Source of the DNA: Eledone cirrhosa
Taxonomy: Eukaryota
Direction: 5' to 3'
DNA length: 64,000 nt
NCBI GenBank assembly: GCA_964016885.1
Contig: OZ024749.1
Coordinates: 55,738,001 to 55,802,000 of the forward strand
In this document: in pieces, positions 1 to 10,889 of the stretch
How the letters are laid out: the number at the start of each line of letters is the position of its first letter
Numbering within the stretch: the first letter of the stretch is position 1
Program-made: the position numbers and the translations under genes
Notes under the pieces: generated by a model
What the model was told of the DNA's origin: nothing
Seen by the model: the letters and a program-made list of their open reading frames with translations, nothing else
The model's database searches: none

Positions 1-25
1 TATATATATATATATATATATATAC

Positions 26-380
26 ATACAATATGTTGAAAAGGTAACACACCAGAGAAAGATATACAGTGCGTTATCAATAACACAGGGAAAAACCACC
101 ATCTTTGGATTTGTACGTGTGTTATATAGTTACAGAGGTATTTATTTACGCTTTAATTAATATTTTTAATTATCGTGTCTATAGTATGCCTTTCATAGGT
201 TATAGACTCCATACACTGGTGGGTTTTTCCCCTGTTTTATTGATAACGCACTGTATATCTCTCTCTGGTGTGTTACCTTTTCAACATATTGTATTTTAAA
301 GAGATCAGGATTTCTTCTCCTTTGAGCACATTATTTACAGGGAATAGCGAGGGCCTATGCCTCCGTTATTTATCGTGATT
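26..380 (+). mobile_element. (TA)n-embedded fold-back element A, probable Penelope-like pLTR remnant (inverted arm + arm + tail)
   Basis: Arm 26-101 is the reverse complement of ~217-294 (2 substitutions, 2 single-base indels). Unique tail 295-380; (TA)n on both sides. No ribozyme seen in this fragment. Confidence 0.6.
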
Positions 381-398
381 ATATATATATATATATAT

Positions 399-554
399 AT
401 ATTGTTATACTTTGGGAGGGTCATGTTGCCAATAAGAAACACACGCACCAGTGCGTGTGTTTCTTATTGGCAACATGACCCTCCCAAAGTATAACAATAT
501 CGGTTTCAACACACGATTTCAGATAAAGAATCTTGCTAAACAAATTCAGAAACG

Positions 555-560
<6 letters not shown>
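399..560 (+). mobile_element. (TA)n-embedded fold-back element B (perfect 50-bp hairpin + tail)
   Basis: 399-448 and 451-500 are exact reverse complements around a CA loop; tail 501-560. Related fragments at 8587-8635 and 29331-29490. Confidence 0.65.
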
Positions 561-597
<37 letters not shown>

Positions 598-599
<2 letters not shown>

Positions 600-828
600 T
601 AACAAAGGAATTGTGATAAGGAACAAAATGGACCATAACGCACCAGAGTACTCAATACTTAGGGTAGTAGAGTGGGAAATAGGAAAAAGTATGACCCCGA
701 CGGCAGAGCTCAAGCCGTTTCGACGGCTATTTCTGGACTCATCTATTAATTTCTGGACTTTATTAATTGTCCAGAAATAGCCGTCGAAACGGCCTGAGCT
801 CTGCCATCGTGGTCATACTTTTTCCTAT
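598..828 (-). mobile_element. (TA)n-embedded fold-back element C with a degenerate hammerhead-like fold
   Basis: Arms 679-738 and 769-828 are inverted (3 mismatches); unique tail 598-678. Minus strand 742-691 reads GAAA-CGGC...GCCG-UC (stem III + GUC). Same arm recurs at 44183-44242. Confidence 0.6.
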
Positions 829-1147
829 ATATATATATATATATAAACACTACAGAGTAACACAGTCTCTTGATTTCAGGTTTTCTGTAGCAAATTTAAA
901 TATTAAGATGAAAGTACCGCTGTTGTTCTGGTGGTAGTGGTGGCGGTAGTGGGGGTGGTGGTGGCGGTAGTGGGGGTGGGGTGGTGGAGATTGTAGAGTT
1001 GCTGTTACTGTGGTGGTGGTGGTGGTGGTCGGTTGCGTTGCTGTTAAGCTGGGGATGTTTGTGTTGTTGTTGGTGTTGATTCTGGTACAAATGTATTTGA
1101 GGCTTTTAGTGTGATATTTGTCATTTTTCTTAGTGATGATGATGGTG

Positions 1148-1179
<32 letters not shown>

Positions 1180-1311
1180 GATGATCTTGTAGTTATTGCA
1201 GACTATGACGTTGACGACATGAAATACCATATCTTCCAGATGGGTTTCAATATACAATGCTCGTCTGTGAGACATTACTATATATATATACACATACATA
1301 CATACATACAT

Positions 1312-1379
<68 letters not shown>

Positions 1380-1725
1380 TATTTCTGTATTGTTACCAAG
1401 TCTATATATATGATCCTGTGTGGGCTAATCTACAACACATGCGTTTTTTTTTTTGCTGTGCTTCATCTATTAATTGAAACTTTAAAGATATTGTTAGTAC
1501 TTTACTTATGTGATATTCTACCCTGTGTGTATTTAGCATTCATAGCGCTAGGAATGGTATGAGGAGAGGAAAGTTATGATTTTTAATGAAGTACAAGACC
1601 TAAAGGTAATTGAAAGAATTCTGAATGAAAATATACTTATTATAGACCACAACACTACGAGAGATCTAGACAGCAGAAGGTCTTCGGAGAATAATCACCT
1701 CTCAACCATTTCGGCTCTTAACAAA

Positions 1726-1829
1726 AATGGTTTCTTATATAAGCAAAATGCCAGTAATTTTGGGGGGAGGGAAAGTCGATTAAATCGACCCCAGTGCGTG
1801 ACTGGTACTTTATTTTATCAATCCCGTAA
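1726..1829 (-). mobile_element. tRNA-derived SINE family A, 3' part
   Basis: Matches the 3' half (aaagtaccagt..cactggggtcgatttaatcgactttccc) of the fuller copies at 10405 and 58614. Confidence 0.8.
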
Positions 1830-1844
1830 TCATGAAAAGCTCCT

Positions 1845-2030
1845 AACAAAAATGGAATCAAACTTAAACCAGAAAACGGACTCAGAGATGAACCAAGTGA
1901 TCATAACTCTGGGATATACAAATCAAGCTAAATGTTTCTCTGTCAACAGAAGATAATGTACCTCTAAAGCAAATGATGAAATTATTCAAATATAAAGATC
2001 TAGAAATAGACATCACCCGAATGAGTGTAT
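1845..2030 (+). pseudogene. Decayed R4/Dong-clade non-LTR retrotransposon, restriction-like endonuclease region
   Basis: Frame from 1907 reads LWDIQI..NVSLSTEDNVPLKQMMKLFKYKDLEIDITRM, with KW..KPE..EQVII upstream across frameshifts. This resembles the R4/Dong C-terminal motif W..H.PE...ILWD...D.NV..KE.EK..KYKDLEIEI.RMW; the PD segment appears deleted. Confidence 0.7.
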
Positions 2031-2125
2031 CAGAAACATTCAGTATCTCTTTAACTTTTGATGACTTCCAAATTAAAAAAAAAGAAAGATGCAGGCGACT
2101 ACATAATTATATGTATAAAATATCA

Positions 2126-2157
<32 letters not shown>

Positions 2158-2159
<2 letters not shown>

Positions 2160-2384
2160 ATAATAATAAATGTGAAGACTAAAATCCAAAGAGGGCTCGA
2201 TAAGGATAAATATATATCAAAGATATAAGAACACTTGAGCAAATATTTATTAAAATAACAGATTAAAGTTTAAGCAAAGAATCGTTGCTTTCACCCTTAA
2301 CGGGATCTTCTGAAACTATCAGAAGATCCCGTTAAGGGTGAAAGCAACGATTCTTTGCTTAAACTTGAATCTGTTATTTCAATA
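2158..2384 (-). mobile_element. (TA)n-embedded fold-back element D carrying a hammerhead-like fold
   Basis: Arms ~2248-2313 and 2319-2384 are inverted (2 mismatches, 5-nt loop); unique tail 2158-2247; TA arrays on both sides. Second copy at 35206-35277. Confidence 0.7.
2267..2317 (-). ncRNA. Type I hammerhead ribozyme candidate, variant core CAGAAGA, CUU triplet
   Basis: Minus strand: AGUUU-CAGAAGA-U CCC guuaa GGG U-GAAA GCA acgauucuu UGCU U-AAACU. Stems I (5 bp), II and III (4 bp) all close. Confidence 0.6.
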
Positions 2385-3462
2385 TATATATATATATATA
2401 TACGCAACACAATCACTGTATTATTAGGCAGTGAATATATTGTGTAAAGTATGTTACAATAAAATAGACTCTAGCAAAACCTAGAATAGACAATAGTAGA
2501 ATAATTTTATCAGAAATATATTTTTTCTGAAGTCTTATATTTTATTTAAAGTTATTCATGGAGCTGGAGATTGAATTGAAAATATAATGAGACGTGAAAA
2601 GAGATCTTACACTACACCACCGTCAATATTTCACCTCTCTAGCTCTCTAGTAGTAGTAGTAATAGTAGTAGTAGTAGTAGCAGCGGTGGGGGCAATTCAA
2701 ATTGTAATATTAGTAGTTGTAGAGTAGCAGTAGCAGTAATAGTAGAAGTAGTAGCAACAGTAGCAGTAGCTGTATTAGTAGAAGTAATAGTAGTGGTATT
2801 AGTAGTCAATCATCTGCTCTTGCATGCAGTAATATTTGTAGTAATAATAGTTGTTGTTGTAGTAACAGTAGTAGTAGTAGCAACAGTAGTAGTAGCAGCA
2901 ACAGAAGTAGTAGTAACAGTAGTAGTAGCAACAGAAGTAGTAGCAACAGAAGTAGTAGCAACAGTAGTAGTAGTAGTAGTTATACCAGCAGCAATAGTAG
3001 TAGTAGCAACAGTAGTATCAGTAGTAGTAGTAGTAATAGTTCATCTGTTGCTGCATGTAGATTATCGGAATGCCGTAATGTCTATAGAGAGCAGATGATA
3101 TAAAGCTAAAGATTTGGCCAAATTCCAATGAAACGCTAAGTAGTCTGTGTTCTTACTTCTCTTTACATATTTTATATAAAGACAAGATGGCCAAGTATGG
3201 ACGGATCATGGTCAAATGTTGAAGAAGTTCTTATCGATATCAATTGGCCACTAGGTTCGATATCAATACGTGGAATCATGGTCAATGTTATTTATCCTAG
3301 CCTTAAGTGGTCCTACACTTGGAAGGGACATTGGGTAGACGGAACTTGTGTGGAAGCCTGTCGAATGATAAGTGTTATGCTTTGCCTTTTATGGCTCATG
3401 TAGGCCCCATCATCAGTGATATGTATTTTTGAATTATATGTTTATTTTTTTTTTTTTAGGGG

Positions 3463-3587
3463 GGTTCTGAAGATGAGGACATTTCTAGGTTTAGTTTTAT
3501 TATCATCTGTTCTTATCGATTATATAAGCGATAATTTTTATTCCTATGAACTGAATTTTGATATGATTTTTGAAACAGTTGTAAACC
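3463..3587 (+). ncRNA. Type I hammerhead ribozyme candidate with ~98-nt stem II insert
   Basis: GGUU-CUGAAGA(3467-3473)-U...U-GAAAC AGUU GUA(3581-3583)-AACC, followed by AATAAA, a GTATTGAATTC motif and a (TG)n array. Confidence 0.5.
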
Positions 3588-3622
3588 AATAAATATATTT
3601 GGTATTGAATTCTCTAACAATT

Positions 3623-3695
<73 letters not shown>

Positions 3696-3719
3696 ATATA
3701 TATATATATATATATATAA

Positions 3720-3775
3720 GGGTGTTGTCCCAGCATGGCCTCAGCCGGATGGCTGGAACAGGTAAAAGGGTTAAA

Positions 3776-3780
<5 letters not shown>
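3720..3780 (+). mobile_element. 3' tail fragment of a cephalopod SINE/LINE inside (TA)n
   Basis: cccagcatggcc.cagcc...ggctggaaca.gtaaaag resembles a common octopus SINE 3' end (recalled, not searched). Confidence 0.45.
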
Positions 3781-3822
<42 letters not shown>

Positions 3823-4129
3823 GGTGTGTATGTATGTGTGTGTGTGTTTGTCTATGTCAATGCATGTGGGAGGCTATACACATCCATCCACCACCCGTAC
3901 ATATAAAGTTACATACACCCACATATTGTTTCTTATATATTTACAACACTACTCTATTCATTCTAATCAGGTGCCACTGCTGCTGTTGCTGCAGTTGCTG
4001 TCGTTAAAACCAGCATTACGGCTTCTGTTGTTGTTGTTGTTGTTGGGAACTGCAGGGTCAACGTCTTCACTCTGGATATTGTTATTGTTGATGTTCTTGT
4101 TATTTTTGATTCTATTCCTGATATGATTT

Positions 4130-4690
4130 GAGCGTGCAATACAACACCACCACCATTAACAACAACAACAACACTAGCAGCAACACCACCATTAACAACA
4201 ATAATACCACCACCATTAATAGCAACAACAACAACAACACCACCACTAACAACAACACTATCACTAACAGCAACACCACCAACACCACCAACAACACCAC
4301 CACTAACAACAACAACCATACCACCACCAACGATACTACCGCCACACAACACCACCACCATTGACCACAACACCACCACCATTGACCACAACACCACCAC
4401 CATTGACCACAACACCACCACCACCATTGACCACAACACCACCACCATTGACCACAACACCACCACCATTGACCACAACACCACCACCATTGACCACAAC
4501 AATACCACCACCAACGACAACGATACCACCGCCACACAACAACCACCGCCATCATCAACCCGAACAATACTATCATAGCAAACACTGCTGATACTACTAC
4601 TACTTCTACAACAACTACTACTGCTACTACCACTACTCCCACTAATATTTCTACAAATACTACTACTACCACCACTACTATTAATACTAA
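4130..4690. repeat. Compound (AAC/CAC/CTA)n microsatellite with a 21-bp higher-order unit (ccaccattgaccacaacacca)
   Basis: Direct reading; about 7 units between 4355 and 4500. Confidence 0.9.
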
Positions 4691-5229
4691 GTCATCCATT
4701 ACTGTATTTTTAAAACAGATGCTTTCTTTGTTTTAAGAAAATTTTCCACGATTATTTTTAGGAAATAAAAAATAATAAGATACATTCAAAGGGTTCTTTT
4801 CTGTAATTTTCAGTATATATTTTAGGGTTAATGAACTCCAGAAACCCACCCTACCCCGCCCCCAAACCACCCTAACCCAAACCAGTTTTTCCTAACGTAA
4901 CAGCTAACACCCGGATATAACAGAACTATTATTGAGGAAACTAACACCATTTTCTAATTTACTCCTTTACATTTTTCTCTACGCCTCTCTTTGTATTCTT
5001 AAGCATAGCATTATTTCCTTTATTCTTTCTCTTCTCGGCTCTTATTTTGTGTCCATCTCTCCCCATTCCACCCCTAATCTCTTCCTTTTACATTTTCGTT
5101 ATTCTCTTTGTCCCCTCCCTGCTTTATTTATTTATTTATTTGTATTTCTATCATATTCCCACCTATCTCTCATCTCTTCACTCTTTTTTTCGTTCTCGGC
5201 GTGACTGGTGCTCTAACCGCCACTCAGCT

Positions 5230-5505
5230 TTCTGAGTTCGAATTCCACAAATGTCAATTTGTTTTTCATTGCTTCCTATCGAAAAGTACCAGTTATGCAC
5301 TGGGGTCGATTTAATCGACTTTCCTTTTCCCCAAATGTGTTGGCCTTGTATCTAGACTTGAAGCCATTGTGGACTAGCAGTATCGGTAGAAAGTCGGGCG
5401 CTCTGTTACGGCCCTTTACGGTCTGGATTCAAATCCCGCCGAGGTTAGCTTTGCCTTTCATCCTTAAGGCATCGATAATATAAAGTACTAGTGATGTACC
5501 TGGGA
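5230..5505 (+). mobile_element. Two tandem partial SINE family A copies
   Basis: A 3' part at 5230-5368 is followed directly by a head/body copy at 5369-5505 (ttcaaatcccgccgaggttagctttgcctttcatcc). Confidence 0.75.
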
Positions 5506-5659
5506 ATCCATATAGTTGATAAGTGTTTTTAAGTAATTAGCGAACTGCAAGTGATTAGGGAGAATCTAATGAGATAAATCTCCACTAAATTACAACTCAA
5601 TACATTTTCAACACAAGAAACTCTAGCAAAATAAACAAACGTTTTTTTTTCTCTGTCTG

Positions 5660-5905
5660 AAAACTATTTCTCAATATCTGTTATTATCGTGGTTTATGGG
5701 GGCTTTTTCTAGCTCTTTCTTTTCTGTCGTCCATATTTTACACACACAGCGAAAAGGTAGAGCTATTACCTTCACATAGGAGGTAGGACGGCTGTAATAA
5801 GTGTATGAATCCGATAGGGGAATATGTTGAATAAAATCATAATTAACTGAACCTCCTGTATTTTCTTCGACCCAAAGCCAGGAATGTTTCAGCTCCCCCT
5901 CATAT
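5660..5905 (-). mobile_element. Tc1/mariner-type DNA transposon terminal fragment
   Basis: Minus strand starts TATGAGGGGGAGCTGAAACATTCCTGGCTT, resembling a mariner TIR (TA-CGAGGG..CTGAAAAGTTCC). Confidence 0.5.
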
Positions 5906-5958
5906 AAATGAGAGAGAGAGAGAGAGGGGGAGAGAGAGAGGGAGAGAGAGAAATTTAT

Positions 5959-6170
5959 ATGAAGGTGCATGGAGTACTGGCTAGAGAGTTGGGCTTGCAA
6001 TCGTGAGGGAGTCAGTCCGATTCACTTAGTCATGCGTTGTATCCTTAAGCAAAACTATTTCACCTTGCCCCACTTTATTCAGCTGTAAAACCACCAACAA
6101 TAGGAATATACGTGTACATTAGTTAAAACTGTGAAGGTGCATGACTTTGTGGTTAGAGCATTGGGCTTGA
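5959..6170 (+). mobile_element. Two partial SINE family B copies
   Basis: tgaaggtgcatg... heads at ~5959 and 6131 match the 6726 copy. Confidence 0.65.
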
Positions 6171-6725
6171 TTGGTAGCATTGATTGGTAGATTTATCTGT
6201 GTATATATATATATATTTATTTATTTCCTTATACTAGCAACCATACCTGGCCTTCCTTGGTTTTATTAAAAATTAAAATAAATATACATATGCGAGAAAT
6301 CTAAAAGATTCTGGCTTATTTTTGTCTCAGCGAAAACTAGGTGGATATACAACTTTGATAAACATTAACAAGTGCGAAACAAGGTTATCAGTTGCTTACC
6401 TTGGGTTTTTTTCCCTGAGAATAAAATGTTTGACGATGTTCACAAGCAGGAAGCTGTCAAATGTTTCTCATAAACATTCTGTATACAACACGTACATATG
6501 TGTATAATTCTATGTTAGAGCACCTAAACTAAATATTTTAAAAGAAATACAATCATACGAAGTCACAATGTTTTGGTAAATTGCTTTAAAATGATAAGAA
6601 CACCATTCAGTTGTTTCGGTAAGGTTAGTCTATTGTGAATTGTTGTATCGAAACAATTTAGAAGAGTCGATTTGGGTTTTACGTATGAAAGGTAAACACA
6701 TAGGTCATAATAGATAAGCGTATAG

Positions 6726-7053
6726 GTGAAGGCGCATGGCTTAGTGGTTAGAGCATTGGGCTTGCAATCGAAAGGTTGTGAGTTCGATTCTCGCACCGGG
6801 TGATGTGTTGTGACCTTGAGCAAGGCACTTTATTTCACGTTGTTCCAGTTTACTCAGCTGTAGAGTTTCGAAGTCACTGCTGCCAAGCTGTATCGGCCAT
6901 TGCCTTTCCCTTGGACATCATCGGTGGCGTGGAGAGGGGAGGCTGGTATGCAAGGGAGACTGCCGGTCTTCTACAAACAACCTTGCCTGGACTTGTGCCT
7001 CAGGGGGAAACTTTATAAGGGCAAATCATATGACCATTTGTGAGCGAATGGGG
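6726..7053 (+). mobile_element. tRNA-derived SINE family B, near full length
   Basis: A box TGGCTTAGTGG and B box GAGTTCGATTC, then tgtgaccttgagcaaggcacttta. Body shared with 14757-15112 and 61010-61307. Confidence 0.85.
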
Positions 7054-8227
7054 AGAAAGAAGAAAAGTTAAAACTAGTCACATTATCTAAAACATTAAAT
7101 ATATTAAATATATATATACACCCACAGCGTGCTTTTGATTTTGGCGTCCTATATGCTGTTTAGGTAGGTCAGCTTGGCTTAGTTTTTGTGTTTATTGTTA
7201 TTATCAATGGAAAACCTAACGGTCGACTACACAATAAAGACATGCCATAGATTGTCGTGTATTTTGAAAGCCAACACATCTTTATAACGTCTGCAGACGT
7301 TATAAAATAAACGTTTGTCATATTCCCATTAATGTTACCCATTTAAACTATATGAATGGGTTACATACTGAAATATTTCTCATGCAATTTATGTTACAGT
7401 CTACAAACGCTCGCTATATGTATTCACACATATTTCCTCACTTTTTATTAACAAAATTTCTTTGTTCGTTTGGACATATATTTTTAGTTCACCATGTTCT
7501 ACATCCATTCACATGCAGACTATTTCTCTAATGTAATTGTTCAGCAGAGAATGTCTGACATTATCAATATACAGCTTATTATTTAGTAACTGCAAAAAGA
7601 TTTTCATGGAGAATATGAAAAAATCTGCCACGAATAAATAAGATATTTAATAATTATGTCTGGAGTATAGGCAGCGAGGATAGAATGCGGTATTCGTTAC
7701 TCATTTCCCTTTTTTTCTGCCCTCTAAGTTCAAATCCCACTGAGGTCAAAATAATATACCATTCTAATACTGGGCTCAAATCTCTTTATTTCTCTCTCCT
7801 CCTCCTCCTCTCTCTCTCTCTCTGGAAGAAATTTGCTTTAACCTACCCAAGAAACCACGTATGTCACCATGGCGCCCCTGTGACTTCCACATGAGATATG
7901 AGACCATACCATGTTTGGTGTCAGATTTTATATAAAGAATCATGTTGAAATGTCTCAGGCGTGTCTCCTAAAATATTACGTTTTGTGGGTTTTATTAAGA
8001 AAATTGTATATTTTCAATATACCTCCAGACATACCTGCGAATATTTCTTTGTGTGTATTAAATCAATTATTTGTGTATGCATGTATTGAGTGTATTAAGT
8101 GAAATATTTGTATGTCTGAACAGAGTGTATTATTTAGTTTCAGTTGCCACTGTTTGGATTATTTCACTTCATTTTTCTGGAGAATAACTCGGTGGGGAGC
8201 CACTGGGACATCGTCTAAATGGACACT

Positions 8228-8413
8228 CAAACTACTAGAAATAGCAGCCATAGCTACCATTAAAATACACTGTAGCCTCATGAAAAGTATGAAACACATT
8301 AGATGGTGTAGAGCTAGATATGCTATGCATGGGAAGATGTTAACTGAAAGGTCTTTGATCCTAGATGTGTTCCTTCTGAGCTGACCTTAGGTTAAACAAC
8401 TAAAACAACAACA
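8228..8413 (+). repeat. Interspersed repeat family D with (AAC)n tail (LINE/SINE 3' end)
   Basis: ctagaaatagcagcc...acattggataatgtag...ctttgatc...gctgacct..ggctaaacaac motif. Also at ~23175-23345, 37110-37291, 43773-43900 (-), 53918-54015, 56295-56500 and 61960-62165. Confidence 0.65.
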
Positions 8414-8529
8414 ATAAAAATCTACAAAAAAAACCCATCTAAAACAACGACATAATGCCATTGAGAGATGCGATATTTGAAATTCTCAACGCTCATTTCC
8501 TAAATGTCTATACACGAGGCAGATGCTTT

Positions 8530-8585
<56 letters not shown>

Positions 8586-8586
8586 A

Positions 8587-8635
8587 TATTTCGTTTCTGA
8601 ATTTGTTTAACAACATGACCCTCCCAAAGTATAAC
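8587..8635 (-). mobile_element. Short fragment of fold-back family B
   Basis: Minus strand is gttatactttgggagggtcatgttg (as 404-428) joined to taaacaaattcagaaacgaaatat (as 537-560), within TA repeats. Confidence 0.7.
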
Positions 8636-8644
8636 TATATAATA

Positions 8645-9395
8645 ATAATAATATATGTAGAAATGAACACAGTAAATTGTGTGTAGAAGTACCACATTGG
8701 TTTGATAAATTGAACCTAAGCAAACGGAAGATATAGAATATATATATACAGACCTTCTCAATAACTATTTCATCTCTCGGACAGATTAGACTGTCCTCAG
8801 CGAGAGACAAGATTAAATGGAACAAGCACATACAACTAAAAGCCACACGAATGAATATCTCATGAATATCTCGTGCGCTGGACGTTAGAAGTGTTGTGAG
8901 TGGATATGCAGGGTATCAATATGAGTTAGTAACTTTGTATTTTATTTGTATTTTGGCTCCCTAACTAGGTGAGCTTATACGTTGGGTGTATTAAGGCTAT
9001 TGTTCTTAGCGTATCCACTCACACCACTTCTAACGTCCAGCGCACGAGGTGAGATATTCATTCGTGTGGTTTGTTCCATTTAAGCAGGTGCTTGTTCCAT
9101 TTAAACTTGTCTCGCTGATGATAGCCTACGGATTATCTGTTACAAACACAATTTTCAGGGCGAAACAGATTAAATCTCTAATCTGTCCGAGAGATGAAAT
9201 AGTTATAGAGAAGGTCTGTATATATATTCTATATCTTCCGTTTGCTTCAGGTTAAATTTATCAAACCAATGTGATTTTAGACACGCAATTTACTGTGTTT
9301 ATTTCTACATATATTATTATATAATGGTCAGTATTTATACTTTGAGTTTCTTAATTGCAGGGTATCAATATGAGTTTGTAACTCTGTATTTTATT

Positions 9396-9400
<5 letters not shown>
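8645..9400 (+). mobile_element. Penelope-like element remnant E: inverted pLTR + partial tandem pLTR with hammerhead
   Basis: ~8645-8909 is inverted relative to ~9009-9320. A ~45-bp direct repeat lies at 8907-8951 and 9357-9400. Hammerhead at 9110-9192; ends in (TA)n. Confidence 0.75.
9110..9192 (+). ncRNA. Type I hammerhead ribozyme, canonical core
   Basis: UCUCG-CUGAUGA(9115-9121)-UA GCC...GGC-GAAA(9162-9165) CAGAUUA aaucuc UAAUCU GUC(9185-9187)-CGAGA: 5-bp stem I, 8-bp stem III, GUC triplet. Confidence 0.8.
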
Positions 9401-9430
<30 letters not shown>

Positions 9431-9559
9431 CTCTGATTCATAGGTATCAGACGATGAGTTTATTTGAATCACACTGTAGGTTCGTAAATAACTTTGAGTT
9501 ATCCAACAGTCAGACTTCAATGAAATGATTCTGCTAGTTGTCATTTCAAAAACTATATT

Positions 9560-9706
9560 CTTTGATAATCCAAATGTACATGACGGCTTTCAAGCTGGCC
9601 AAAGGCATATTCTGCTCCAGTACTACTCTTATGCAAGCATTTAGAGACATTCAAAGGGAATATTTGTTCCAATGATAGCATTCTTGCTCCACTGGGTTTG
9701 TTTAAC
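9560..9706 (-). pseudogene. Possible PIF/Harbinger transposase remnant
   Basis: Minus frame LNKPSGARMLSLEQIF...AEYAFGQLESR, with RVVLE in an adjacent frame, resembles the Harbinger motif KPY....L..EQ..FN..LS.AR..VE.AFG.LK.RW. Confidence 0.35.
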
Positions 9707-10404
9707 TAAGCAAACAATTTTCACAGATGAAGTGGAAAGAGACAGTTTGAGAAATATTAACTGTTAACATAAGCGTTAATATTCAAAGAAGCAGCAAAGA
9801 GAATAAAGTTTCTTCTCTTTTCTTTGCCGCTAAATACACACACACAGACGTATACGTTCAAACTAGACTCACAAAACTCACGCAAAGCTTGTTATACTTT
9901 ACGCTGGTTAATTCTACAGGACATGTATCCTTTAGAGAAGTTAACTAAATATGAGCAATGTAGCACATCATTTTATATAGAAAAGTACAAATAAGCACAC
10001 CAAATATACACAAACACGCATATAATTATATACACATAGTTATATAGATTTATATATAAATATATTTATTATCTATATGTAACTCTCATCCTCTGTACAC
10101 ACAGATGCACACACAGATTTAGACACAAACGTACATATAATTATACACACATACTCACACACGTATGTAGACACAAACGTGCATATCATACACTCACACA
10201 TACAGTTATATAGATGTATATATAAACATAGTCATTATATATGTGTAGTCCGCACACACGCACAAATATGTACGACTGTATGTTCCTCTGGTTTCATAAT
10301 TTTATAAATGTTTACCAATAGAGAGAGTCAGTTTCTAACAGACACAAGACTCTCTCATTGGAATTTAGACATCGTCTAGGTAGATATGCCTGCGTGTGTG
10401 TGGA

Positions 10405-10619
10405 GGGTGGATTGGCTGTATCGGTAGAGGGTCGGACGCCATGCTTTCCAGCATAGTTACGGCCCCTTATAATCTGAGTTCAAATCTTGCCGAGGTTAAC
10501 TTTGCTTTTCATCCTTACGGGGTCGATAAAATAAAGCAGCAGACACGCACTAGGGTCGATTCAATCAACTTTTTCCTCCCCCCAAATTGCTAGCCTTGTG
10601 TCTATATAAGAAGCCATTA
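10405..10619 (+). mobile_element. tRNA-derived SINE family A, full length
   Basis: Head gtggattggc.gtatcggtagag, B box GAGTTCAAATC, central gaggttaactttgc.tttcatccttacggggtcgataaaataaag, 3' ggccttgtg.ct...agaagcca. Confidence 0.85.
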
Positions 10620-10889
10620 TTGTATGTGTGGGATGTGTATGTTTTGAGGTATGTGGGCATATGGATATGTTTTATATCTGTGCATGTCTATATGCAGTTA
10701 TTACATGCAGAACCTTTGGAATGTTGTACATTTTTTTTTCATTGTTCCAAGAGTCTCTGGAATAACGTTACTCAATAAGGTACGCAGTCGGAAGATAGAG
10801 AAAAGTGAAGCCACTGCTTTTCTGCATTAAGATATTACATCTGTGGAACAACTTGAACAGGATTAGAATATAGAAAATATATATATATA

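Noticed and set aside
490-527. Hammerhead in the element B tail (minus: CUGAAAU...GAAAC)
   Set aside because: Lacks G8/A9, stems are marginal, and the orientation conflicts with the inferred polarity of B.
4820-4885. Interstitial telomere (ttaggg / ccctaacc)
   Set aside because: Only isolated degenerate hexamers, no tandem array.
6726-6800. tRNA gene
   Set aside because: A and B boxes are present, but the sequence runs into a repeated SINE body with no clean acceptor stem.
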